Shown here one piece after another: positions 15,343-23,091 of a stretch of DNA of 32,278 nt. This DNA comes from Actinomycetota bacterium (lineage in GTDB: Bacteria; Actinomycetota; Thermoleophilia; Gaiellales; Gaiellaceae), in contig JAFAIV010000343.1 in the NCBI GenBank assembly GCA_019236545.1, positions 1 through 32,278 of the forward strand, read 5' to 3'. Position 1 is the first letter of the stretch, and every line of letters starts with the position of its first letter. The translations under genes and the position numbers were made by a program. Under the pieces are notes generated by a model. That model was not told where the DNA came from, ran no database searches, and saw nothing but the letters and a program-made list of their open reading frames with translations.

Positions 15343-17250
15343 CTGACGGAGCTGGCAGAACAGCCCCTGCACCGCGCTCTCGGCCTGACGGACTGGGAGG
15401 CGCAGCGAATCCGGGAGCTGCTCGGCCGCGATCCGAACCATTTCGAGCTGGCCGTCTTCTCGCTGCTCTGGTCCGAGCACTGCGGCTACAAGCACTCGGC
15501 GCCGCTGCTGAAGCGGCTGCCGTCGGCGGGCGAACGCGTGCTGCAGGGGCCGGGCGAGAACGCCGGCGTGCTCGACCTCGGCGACGGGCTCGCGGTCGCG
15601 TTCAAGGTGGAGTCGCACAACCATCCGTCCGCGGTCGAGCCGTTCCAGGGGGCGGCGACGGGCGTCGGCGGGATCCTGCGCGACATCGTCGCGATGGGCG
15701 CGCGGCCGGTCGCGCTGCTCGACGGGCTCTGGTTCGGCTCGCCGGACTTCCACTTCTGGCGAGCGGTCTCCGGGATCGGCCACTACGGGAATTGCGTCGG
15801 CGTCCCGACGGTCGGCGGCGCCACGGTCTTCGACCCGGCGTACGCGGGCAACTGCCTCGTCAACGCGATGTGCGTCGGTCTGCTCGACTCCGGCCGGCTG
15901 CACTCGGCGAAGGCGACCGGCCGCGGGAACCTCGTCGTCCTCTACGGGGCGACGACGGGCCGCGACGGGATCGGCGGCGCCTCGGTGCTCGCGAGCGCGG
16001 AGCTCTCCGAGGACGACGCCGACAAGCGCCCGTCCGTCCAGGTCGGCGACCCGTTCATGGGCAAGAAGCTGATCGAGGTCTCGGTCGAGCTCGTCGAATC
16101 CGGTCTCGTCGAGTCGCTGCAGGACTGCGGCGCCGCCGGGCTCGCGTCCGCCCTGTCGGAGATGGCGCGCGACGGCGCAGGGATCGACGTCCACCTCGAC
16201 CGCGTCCCGCTCCGCGAGGAGGGGATGGAGCCGTGGGAGGTCATGATCTCGGAGTCGCAGGAGCGGATGGTCGCGGTCGTCCGGCCGCAGATGCTCGAGG
16301 CCGTCCAGGCGGTCTGCGCGCGCTGGGAGCTCCCGTGCACGGTGATCGGCGAAGTCACGGAGGGTGGCGCGCTGCGCGCCTTCTGGGGCGGCGACGTGGT
16401 CGGCGACGTGCCGGCGGCGCTGCTGACGGACGAGTGCCCGCGCTACGAGGTCGAGCGGCGGGCCGACCCGCGCCCGTCGCGGCCGCGCCCGCAGCAGCGG
16501 GTCGAGCTCCGCGAGGTCTGGGAGCAGTACGACCACCTCGTCGGCTCGCGCACCGTGCGCCGGCCCGGCCTCGACGCGGCGGTGCTGCGGCTGCGGCCGT
16601 CCGTCCGCGGGCTCGCGGTGGCGCTGCAGGGGCCGGCGCCGGGCGAGATGGACCCCTGGCGCGCCGGCGCCCAGGCCGTGCTCGGCGTGGCGCGGAACGT
16701 CGCCTGCGCCGGCGGCGAGCCGATCGGGCTGACGGACTGCCTCAACTTCGGCAACCCCGAGAAGCCGGAGATCGCGCACGAGCTCGCGGAGGCGATCGAG
16801 GGCATCTCGCAGGCCGCCGAGGCGCTCGGCATCCCCGTCGTCTCCGGGAACGTGTCGCTCTACAACGACACGAACGGCGTTTCGATCCCGCCGACGCCGG
16901 TCGTCGGCTGCGTCGGCCTCGTGCCGGACGTCCGCCTCGTCCCGGGCCGCTGGCGCCGCGGCGACGTCGTCCTGCTGGCCACGGCGCCGGAGGACTCGCT
17001 GGCCGCCGAGGCCGCGCTGATCCGCTTCCTCTGGAAGGCCGCGCCGCACCTCTCGCTGTGCCACGACGTCGGCACCGCCGGGGTCGAGGCCGCTCTCGGC
17101 GAAGCGGCCGCGTGGAGCGGCGGCCTGGTGGCCGACGTCGACCTGCCGGGTGACGTCGGGTCGCGAGGCGCGGCGATCCTCGCGACGTCCCCGGACGAGG
17201 TCGCCGGCCTCGGCTCGCGCGGGTTCGTCCAGATCGGCCAGGTGCGCTAG
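15343..17250 (+). CDS. purL: Phosphoribosylformylglycinamidine synthase subunit PurL (FGAM synthase II)
   Basis: FSLLWSEHCGYKHS, GENAGVLDLGDG.AVAFKVESHNHPSAVEPFQGAATGVGGILRDI and a second PurM-like half. The ORF track starts at GTG 15538, but the conserved N-terminus lies upstream with no canonical start. I assume CTG 15343 (alternatives 15334, 15352); see findings. Confidence 0.93.
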   Translation: MTELAEQPLHRALGLTDWEAQRIRELLGRDPNHFELAVFSLLWSEHCGYKHSAPLLKRLPSAGERVLQGPGENAGVLDLGDGLAVAFKVESHNHPSAVEPFQGAATGVGGILRDIVAMGARPVALLDGLWFGSPDFHFWRAVSGIGHYGNCVGVPTVGGATVFDPAYAGNCLVNAMCVGLLDSGRLHSAKATGRGNLVVLYGATTGRDGIGGASVLASAELSEDDADKRPSVQVGDPFMGKKLIEVSVELVESGLVESLQDCGAAGLASALSEMARDGAGIDVHLDRVPLREEGMEPWEVMISESQERMVAVVRPQMLEAVQAVCARWELPCTVIGEVTEGGALRAFWGGDVVGDVPAALLTDECPRYEVERRADPRPSRPRPQQRVELREVWEQYDHLVGSRTVRRPGLDAAVLRLRPSVRGLAVALQGPAPGEMDPWRAGAQAVLGVARNVACAGGEPIGLTDCLNFGNPEKPEIAHELAEAIEGISQAAEALGIPVVSGNVSLYNDTNGVSIPPTPVVGCVGLVPDVRLVPGRWRRGDVVLLATAPEDSLAAEAALIRFLWKAAPHLSLCHDVGTAGVEAALGEAAAWSGGLVADVDLPGDVGSRGAAILATSPDEVAGLGSRGFVQIGQVR

Positions 17251-17252
17251 CC

Positions 17253-18635
17253 GTGTGCGGCGTCTTCGGCGTCCACGCGGCCGACCGCGACGTCGCGCGG
17301 CTCGCCTATTTCGGGCTGTTCGCGCTCCAGCACCGCGGCCAGGAGTCGGCGGGGATCGCGGTCTCGGAGGACGGCCGCCTGACCGCGCTCCGCGACGTCG
17401 GGCTCGTCTCGCAGGTCTTCGACGAGCAGAAGCTCCACGGCCTCCGCGGCCAGGTCGCGATCGGCCACAATCGCTACTCGACGACCGGCTCATCCGGCTG
17501 GGCGAACGCGCAGCCGCTGATCCAGCACGGCCGCGCCCGCACGGTGGCGCTCGGGCACAACGGCAACCTCGTCAACGCGACCGAGCTCCGCGAGGAGCTG
17601 CGCGCCGAGGGGATCCGGCTCGGCTCGACCTCGGACAGCGAGCTGATCGCCGCGCTGCTCGCGAGCGACGACGCGCCGCTCGAGGACGCGGCCGCCGCGG
17701 CGATGCGCCGCCTCGACGGCGCGTACTCCGTCGTCGCGCTCTCCGAGGGCACGCTGCTCGCGTTCCGCGACCCGCACGGGTTCCGACCGCTCGTCCTCGG
17801 AAAGATCCACGACGACTGGGTCGTCGCGAGCGAGACGTGCGCGCTCGACCTCGTCGGCGCCGAGTACGTCCGCGACGTCGAGCCCGGCGAGCTCGTGGTC
17901 GTGGGCGACGACGGCCTCCGCTCGCGCCGCGCGCTCGAGCCGACGGACTCGGGCGCGCTCTGCATCTTCGAGTTCTTCTACCTCGCGCGCCCGGACACGA
18001 GCCTCGACGGCGTCGAGGTGCACGGCGCGCGCGTGCGCATGGGCGAGCGCCTCGCGCAGGAGTCGCCGGTCGAGGCCGACCTCGTCCTCCCCATCCCGGA
18101 CTCCGGCACGCCGGCGGCGATCGGTTTCGCCCGCGCGCTCGGGATCCCGTTCAGCGAGGGTCTGATCAAGAACCGGTACGTCGGCCGAACGTTCATCCAG
18201 CCCGACCAGGAGATGCGCCAGCAGGGCGCGCGGCTGAAGTACCACCCGGTCGCCGAGGTCGCGGGCAAGCGCGTCGTCGCGGTCGACGACTCGATCATCC
18301 GCGGGACGACGACCCGGCAGATCGTGAAGATGCTCTTCGACGCGGGCGCCGCCGAGGTGCACGTCCGCATCTCGTCGCCGCCGGTGATCGGCCAGTGCTT
18401 CTACGGGATCGACCTCGCCGACCCGGCCGAGATGGTCGGCTCGCACATGACCGTGGACGAGATCTGCGAGCACATCGGCGCGACGTCGCTCGCATATCTC
18501 TCCCACGAGGGACTGGTCGAGTCGACGCAGCGCCCGGCGTCGTCGCTCTGCCGCGCCTGCCTGACGCGCGACTACCCGACGCAGGTGCCGGCGGAGCACG
18601 CGAAGCTCCGCTTCGAGCCGGCCGCGCGTGCTTGA
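17253..18635 (+). CDS. purF: Amidophosphoribosyltransferase
   Basis: GTG is followed directly by the nucleophile Cys (MCGVFGV). Also RGQESAGIA, the PRPP-binding VVAVDDSIIRGTT, and C-terminal Cys residues (CFYGID, CRAC). It starts 2 nt after the purL stop. Confidence 0.96.
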   Translation: MCGVFGVHAADRDVARLAYFGLFALQHRGQESAGIAVSEDGRLTALRDVGLVSQVFDEQKLHGLRGQVAIGHNRYSTTGSSGWANAQPLIQHGRARTVALGHNGNLVNATELREELRAEGIRLGSTSDSELIAALLASDDAPLEDAAAAAMRRLDGAYSVVALSEGTLLAFRDPHGFRPLVLGKIHDDWVVASETCALDLVGAEYVRDVEPGELVVVGDDGLRSRRALEPTDSGALCIFEFFYLARPDTSLDGVEVHGARVRMGERLAQESPVEADLVLPIPDSGTPAAIGFARALGIPFSEGLIKNRYVGRTFIQPDQEMRQQGARLKYHPVAEVAGKRVVAVDDSIIRGTTTRQIVKMLFDAGAAEVHVRISSPPVIGQCFYGIDLADPAEMVGSHMTVDEICEHIGATSLAYLSHEGLVESTQRPASSLCRACLTRDYPTQVPAEHAKLRFEPAARA

Positions 18636-19105
18636 CCCGGTCTTCGCGCGGGCGCGCGTAGACGAGAACGTCGTCGGCCTCGTCGTCCACGGCTCGCGCG
18701 CCCGTAGCGGCGCGCACGTGCGAGACGACAGCGACTGGGATCTCGTCGTGGTCGTGCGGGAGCCGCGCGGGGAGTGGTCGCACAAGCGCGGCGAACCGGT
18801 CGAGTACGCCGAGATCTCGCTGGCGCGGCTGCCCGACGTCCCGGATTGGTTCAAGCCCGCACTGCTCTGGGCCGAGCCGCTCCTCGACAAGACGGGCGAG
18901 GTCGCCGTGGCTCGAGTGGGAGCTCCGCGAGCATCCCCTGCCGGTCGAGGTCGACCTGGCACGCCTCGACCGCATCGCTCGCTCGGCCAGCCTCTCCGAC
19001 CAGCAGGAGCTGTTCCGCGAGACGGAGTCGCTCGCGCGCAGCCTTGGTCTCGGCGCGACGATCGACGGGTGGGAGCCGGACGTCGCCTGGCTTCGCGGCG
19101 ACTAG
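18628..19105 (+). pseudogene. Nucleotidyltransferase-fold (NTP_transf_2 / MNT-KNTase-like) gene interrupted by a +1 frame change near 18900
   Basis: Frame 1 from GTG 18628 gives ...VVGLVVHGSRARSGAHVRDDSDWDLVVVV... (GS-x10-DxD signature) and keeps GC3 bias up to about 18905. From 18902 the GC3 bias and a sensible sequence move to the next frame, ending at TAG 19103-19105: WLEWELREHPLPVEVDLARLDRIARSASLSDQQELFRETESLARSLGLGATIDGWEPDVAWLRGD. The track ORF tail (to 19152) is Arg/Pro-rich noise. Confidence 0.6.
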
Positions 19106-19230
19106 GACGCCTGCTGTTGCTGCTCGCGCTCTCGGCGGCGGAGCTCGAGTAGCCGCTCCGCGTTCGCCCGTTGCTCGGCGTCCTTCCGCCAGAACTCAGC
19201 CGTCAGCTTCGTCTTCTTCCTCTTCGCCAT
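19102..19230 (-). CDS. Mini-ORF B (42 aa, strongly basic, helical), hypothetical
   Basis: My translation is MAKRKKTKLTAEFWRKDAEQRANAERLLELRRREREQQQQAS. GC3 is very high, and GGAGGA lies 4-5 nt upstream of the ATG, inside ORF A. Its stop shares CTAG with the nucleotidyltransferase stop. Confidence 0.4.
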   Translation of the reverse strand: MAKRKKTKLTAEFWRKDAEQRANAERLLELRRREREQQQQAS

Positions 19231-19330
19231 CGTCCTCCAGGAAGTCGAGGATCCGGTCGAGCTTCACATGAGCGTACTGGCAGGACATGAGGACGGCATC
19301 GATCGTCTCGCTGTCCGTGCGCTCGGTCAT
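19196..19330 (-). CDS. Mini-ORF A (44 aa, acidic C-terminal tail), hypothetical
   Basis: Below the track's size cut-off. My translation is MTERTDSETIDAVLMSCQYAHVKLDRILDFLEDDGEEEEDEADG. GC3 bias is good over the first ~33 codons, and the ATG start has a weak SD. Confidence 0.3.
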   Translation of the reverse strand: MTERTDSETIDAVLMSCQYAHVKLDRILDFLEDDGEEEEDEADG

Positions 19331-19413
19331 CCCCGGCAGGATGATCGGACCTGCGCCGCGCCGCAAGATGACGTTTCCGGACTCGCCGCAACCGGACGGG
19401 TTGGCTTGGCACG

Positions 19414-20037
19414 ATGGGCGGCGGCGTGAACCTCTTCCACTACCACCTCGTCACGAGCCGGGTTCGGGAGGTCGAGGCGCGCTACATCGGGAAGCTCGCG
19501 TTCGACCTCGTCGCGCGGCACGGGCGGATCGGCGAGGACCTGACCTCCTACGAGCCCGGCGTCTCCTGGGACGAGCTCGACACGCTCGGCTTCAAGCTGC
19601 GGCTGACCGAGCTCGAACGCGGGGCGGTCAACGTCGTCGTCCAGCCGGGCCAGTGGCCGATGCCGCGCGTCGACCATCTCGGGCTCGCGCTCGACGAGGA
19701 CGAGTTCGACGAGGCGCTCGAGCGGGCCGAGCGGGCCGACCTCCGCGTGCAGGAGCACGGCGGCCGGCGGACGTTCGTCTCCACGAACGCCGGCTACCGG
19801 CTGGAGCTGCACCCGCCGCGCGACTGGATCGACGACCTGCTCGGCCAGGGCGACGAGCTGCGCCTCTCCGAGCTGCACCTGAAGGCCGACGACCCGGAGG
19901 CGAAGGCCGCGGCGCTCGCGCAGATCCTCGGCACCGAGCGGATCGGCAACGACGTCGAGGTCGGCGAGACCCTCGTCCGGTTCGTCGCCGGCGGCCCCCA
20001 GGGACGTCCCGAGCTCCACGGCGAGCTGTTCGTCTAG
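19414..20037 (+). CDS. VOC (glyoxalase/bleomycin-resistance/extradiol-dioxygenase) family protein
   Basis: Repeated beta-alpha-beta-beta-beta-type modules, for example VDHLGLALDEDEFDEALERAERADLRVQEHGGRRTFVSTNAGYRLELHPP. Strong GC3 bias. Function unknown. Confidence 0.75.
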   Translation: MGGGVNLFHYHLVTSRVREVEARYIGKLAFDLVARHGRIGEDLTSYEPGVSWDELDTLGFKLRLTELERGAVNVVVQPGQWPMPRVDHLGLALDEDEFDEALERAERADLRVQEHGGRRTFVSTNAGYRLELHPPRDWIDDLLGQGDELRLSELHLKADDPEAKAAALAQILGTERIGNDVEVGETLVRFVAGGPQGRPELHGELFV

Positions 20038-20059
20038 ACGGCCTCGTAGACTCGCTTCC

Positions 20060-20968
20060 TTGACCGAGGACGCGCGCACCTATGACGCCGCCGGCGTCTC
20101 GCTCGACACCGCCAACGCCGTCGTCGGCCGGCTGCGGGCGGCGGTCGAGTCGACGGGCGCGACGGGGTTCGGCCACTTCGCCGGCCTCCACCCGCTCGAC
20201 GAGCGGCGCTTCCTCGCCGCCACGACCGACAGCGTCGGCTCCAAGCTGCTCCTCCACCGGCGCGCGGGGACGCTGCGCTGGGGCGGGATGGACCTCGCGG
20301 CGCACTGCATCGACGACGTCCTCTGCTCCGGCGCGGACCCGCTCTTCCTGCTCGACTACGTCGCCGCCAACCGGATCGAGCTGGAGCAGGTCGCCGACCT
20401 CGTCGAGGGCGCCGCGGAGGTCTGCCGCCGCGCCGGGGTCGCGCTCATCGGCGGCGAGACCGCGGAGCTCCCGGGCGTCTACCGGGAGCAGGAGCTCGAC
20501 TTCGCAGGCACCTGCGTCGGGATCGTCGAGCGCGACCGCGTCATCGACGGCTCGCGCTGCGCGCCCGGCGACCTCGTCGTCGGCCTGCCGTCGGACGGGA
20601 TCCACACGAACGGGTTCACGCTCGTCCGCGCGATCGTCGGCGACGGGGACTTCGACGCCGAGCTCCTGCTCGCGCCGCACCGGCTCTACCTCGACGAGGT
20701 GCGCGACCTCCGCGCGCACGCGGACGTGAAGGCGCTCGCGCACGTGACCGGCGGCGGCATCCTCGGCAACCTGACGCGCGTCCTTCCGGACGGCGTCGAG
20801 GCGCGGATCGACTGGGACTCGTGGGAGCGGCCGCCCGTCTTCCACTGGCTCGCCGAGAACGGCGTCGCCGAGGACGAGCTGCGGCGTGTCTTCAACCTCG
20901 GGATCGGGATGTGCGCCGTCGTGCCGGAGCCGGTCGACGGCCTGCCCGTCATCGGCGAGCTGTCGTGA
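20060..20968 (+). CDS. purM: Phosphoribosylformylglycinamidine cyclo-ligase (AIR synthetase)
   Basis: The TTG start gives MTEDARTYDAAGVSLD (E. coli: ...YKDAGVDID). Also TDSVGSKL, DYVA, IGGETAELPGVY, SDGIHTNGF and HVTGGG. Confidence 0.93.
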   Translation: MTEDARTYDAAGVSLDTANAVVGRLRAAVESTGATGFGHFAGLHPLDERRFLAATTDSVGSKLLLHRRAGTLRWGGMDLAAHCIDDVLCSGADPLFLLDYVAANRIELEQVADLVEGAAEVCRRAGVALIGGETAELPGVYREQELDFAGTCVGIVERDRVIDGSRCAPGDLVVGLPSDGIHTNGFTLVRAIVGDGDFDAELLLAPHRLYLDEVRDLRAHADVKALAHVTGGGILGNLTRVLPDGVEARIDWDSWERPPVFHWLAENGVAEDELRRVFNLGIGMCAVVPEPVDGLPVIGELS

Positions 20969-21501
20969 TCGGCGTCCTGGTCAGCGGCGGCGGGACGAAC
21001 CTGCAGGCGCTCCTCGACGCCGGGCTGCCGGTCGTCGCGGTCGCGAGCAACCGCGCGGACGCGCCCGCGCTCGCCCGCGCGGCGCACGTCCCCAGGGCCG
21101 CGTTCGAGCTCGCCACATACCCGGATCGCGCCGCGCGCGACGCCGCGATGGCCGACTGGCTCCGCGAGCAGGGCGTCGAGCTGGTCGTCCTCGCCGGGTA
21201 CATGCACATCCTCACGCCGGCCTTCCTCGAGCGCTTCCCGAACGCGGTCGTCAACGTCCACCCGTCGCTGCTGCCGGACTTCCCGGGCGCGCACGCGGTC
21301 GAGGAGCAGCTCGCGGCCGGCGTCGCGGAGTCCGGCGCAACGGTGCATCTCGTCGACGAGGGCGTCGACTCCGGCCCGGTGCTCGCCCAGGAGCGTGTGC
21401 CCGTCCTCCCCGGCGACACCCGGGAGACGCTCCACGAGCGCATCAAGGCGGTGGAGCATAGGCTCCTCCCCGAGGTGGTGAGGGAACTCTGCGCGCGCTG
21501 A
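20965..21501 (+). CDS. purN: Phosphoribosylglycinamide formyltransferase
   Basis: GTG 20965 overlaps the purM stop (GTGA). IGVLVSGGGTNLQALLDA, VLAGYMHIL, NVHPSLLPDFPGAHAV and GATVHLVDEGVDSGPVLAQ. Confidence 0.93.
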   Translation: MIGVLVSGGGTNLQALLDAGLPVVAVASNRADAPALARAAHVPRAAFELATYPDRAARDAAMADWLREQGVELVVLAGYMHILTPAFLERFPNAVVNVHPSLLPDFPGAHAVEEQLAAGVAESGATVHLVDEGVDSGPVLAQERVPVLPGDTRETLHERIKAVEHRLLPEVVRELCAR

Positions 21502-23021
21502 TCTCGACCTGGGACAAGACCGGCCTCGACGAGTTCGCGCGCGGGCTGGCCGACCTCGGCTTCGAGCTCGTCGCCTCCGGCAAGACGGCAGCGTTCCTCG
21601 AGGAGCTCGGCCTCGAGGTCGAGCACGTCGACGCGCTGACCGAGTCGCCGGAGATGCTGGGGGGCCGCGTGAAGACGCTCCACCCGCGCGTCCACGCCGG
21701 CATCCTCGCCCGCCGCGACGACCCCGGCGACCTCGCGACCCTCGAGGAGCACCGGATCGAGCCGTTCGACATCGTCTGCGTCAACCTCTACCCCTTCGAG
21801 CAGGTCGCGGCCCAGCGCGGCGTGAGCGAGGCGGAGGCGGTCGAGATGATCGACGTCGGCGGCCCGTCGATGCTGCGCGGCGCGGCGAAGAACTTCGCGC
21901 ACGTCGCCGCGGTCTGCCGGCCGGACCAGTACGGCTTCGTCCTCGACGAGTTGCGGGCGAGCGGCGAGCTGTCTCTCGAGACGCGGCGTGAGCTCGCGGC
22001 GGAGGCGTTCGCGACCACCGCCGCGTACGAGGCGGCGATCGCGAACTGGTTCGGCGGCCGCGAGAGCTTCCCGGAGACCATCGTGGTGCCGCTGACGAAG
22101 GTGCTCGACCTGTCGTACGGCGAGAACCCGCACCAGCGCGCCGCGTACTACCGCGAGCGCGGCCTGCGCCGGCACCTGCTCTCGCGGGTCGAGCAGATCC
22201 ACGGCAAGGACCTCTCGTTCAACAACCTCAACGACCTCTCGGGCGCGCGGCTGCTCGTGCGCGAGTTCCAGCTCCCGGCGTGCGTGATCGTCAAGCACGC
22301 GAACCCGTGCGGCGTCGCGGTCGGCGCCACGCTCGAGGAGGCGTACGACAAGGCGCTGGCATCCGACCCCACCTCGGCCTACGGCGGCGTCGTCGTCCTC
22401 AACCGCGAGGTCGAGGCGCCGCTGGGGGAGAAGCTTGCGGAGCAGTTCGTCGAGGTGCTGTTCGCGCCCGGCTACGCCGACGAGGCGCTGAAGGCGTTGC
22501 GGCGCAAGCAGAACACGCGCATCCTCGTGGACGGAGAGCGGCGCCGCGACGAGCCGGGCGAGCGCCACTACAAGCGAGTGATCGGCGGCATGCTCGTCCA
22601 GGACTCCGACTCCGACATCGAGGACCGCGAGGGCTGGGAGGTCGTCACCGGCAAGCCGACGGAGGCGCAATGGGGCGACCTCGTCTTCGCGTGGCGCGTC
22701 TGCAAGCACGTCGCCTCGAACGCGATCGTCCTCGTCAAGGACCTCGCGACGATCGGGATCGGCGCCGGCCAGATGAGCCGCGTCGACGCGGTGCGGATCG
22801 CCGTCGAGAAGGCGGCGGAGTTCGGACACGACGTCCACGGCGCGGCGCTCGCGTCGGACGCGTTCTTCCCGTTCCCCGACGGCCCCCGGATCGCGCTCGA
22901 CGCGGGCGCCACCTCGATCGTCCAGCCGGGCGGCTCGAAGCGCGACGACGAGGTCGTCGCGGCGGTCGCGGAGGCGGGCGCGGCCATGGTCTTCACCGGA
23001 CGGCGCCACTTCCGTCACTAG
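21489..23021 (+). CDS. purH: Bifunctional AICAR transformylase / IMP cyclohydrolase
   Basis: RALISTWDKTGLDEFA (MGS-like domain), GGRVKTLHPRVHAGIL, VKHANPCGVA, SDAFFPFPDG, VQPGGSKRDDEV and MVFTGRRHFRH. The ORF track starts at ATG 21654. The conserved first ~55 residues have no canonical start, so CTG 21489 is assumed; see findings. Confidence 0.95.
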   Translation: MRALISTWDKTGLDEFARGLADLGFELVASGKTAAFLEELGLEVEHVDALTESPEMLGGRVKTLHPRVHAGILARRDDPGDLATLEEHRIEPFDIVCVNLYPFEQVAAQRGVSEAEAVEMIDVGGPSMLRGAAKNFAHVAAVCRPDQYGFVLDELRASGELSLETRRELAAEAFATTAAYEAAIANWFGGRESFPETIVVPLTKVLDLSYGENPHQRAAYYRERGLRRHLLSRVEQIHGKDLSFNNLNDLSGARLLVREFQLPACVIVKHANPCGVAVGATLEEAYDKALASDPTSAYGGVVVLNREVEAPLGEKLAEQFVEVLFAPGYADEALKALRRKQNTRILVDGERRRDEPGERHYKRVIGGMLVQDSDSDIEDREGWEVVTGKPTEAQWGDLVFAWRVCKHVASNAIVLVKDLATIGIGAGQMSRVDAVRIAVEKAAEFGHDVHGAALASDAFFPFPDGPRIALDAGATSIVQPGGSKRDDEVVAAVAEAGAAMVFTGRRHFRH

Positions 23022-23091
23022 CTCGCCCTAGGAAATAGCCGCCTCCTCTGGCACGTTGCAGACGGCAGAGCTACCGGAGGAGGAGAGAAAG

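Noticed and set aside
19203-19412. Listed 69-aa minus-strand ORF (MPSQPVRLRRVRKRH...).
   Set aside because: Arg-rich with poor third-position bias. The two shorter ORFs in the other frames (19196..19330 and 19102..19230) show better coding signal.
18628-20037. Interpreting the insert in the pur operon as a mobile element or a HEPN-MNT toxin-antitoxin module.
   Set aside because: I found no transposase or integrase, no terminal inverted or direct repeats, and no HEPN (R-x4-6-H) partner. The composition shift is only a visual impression.
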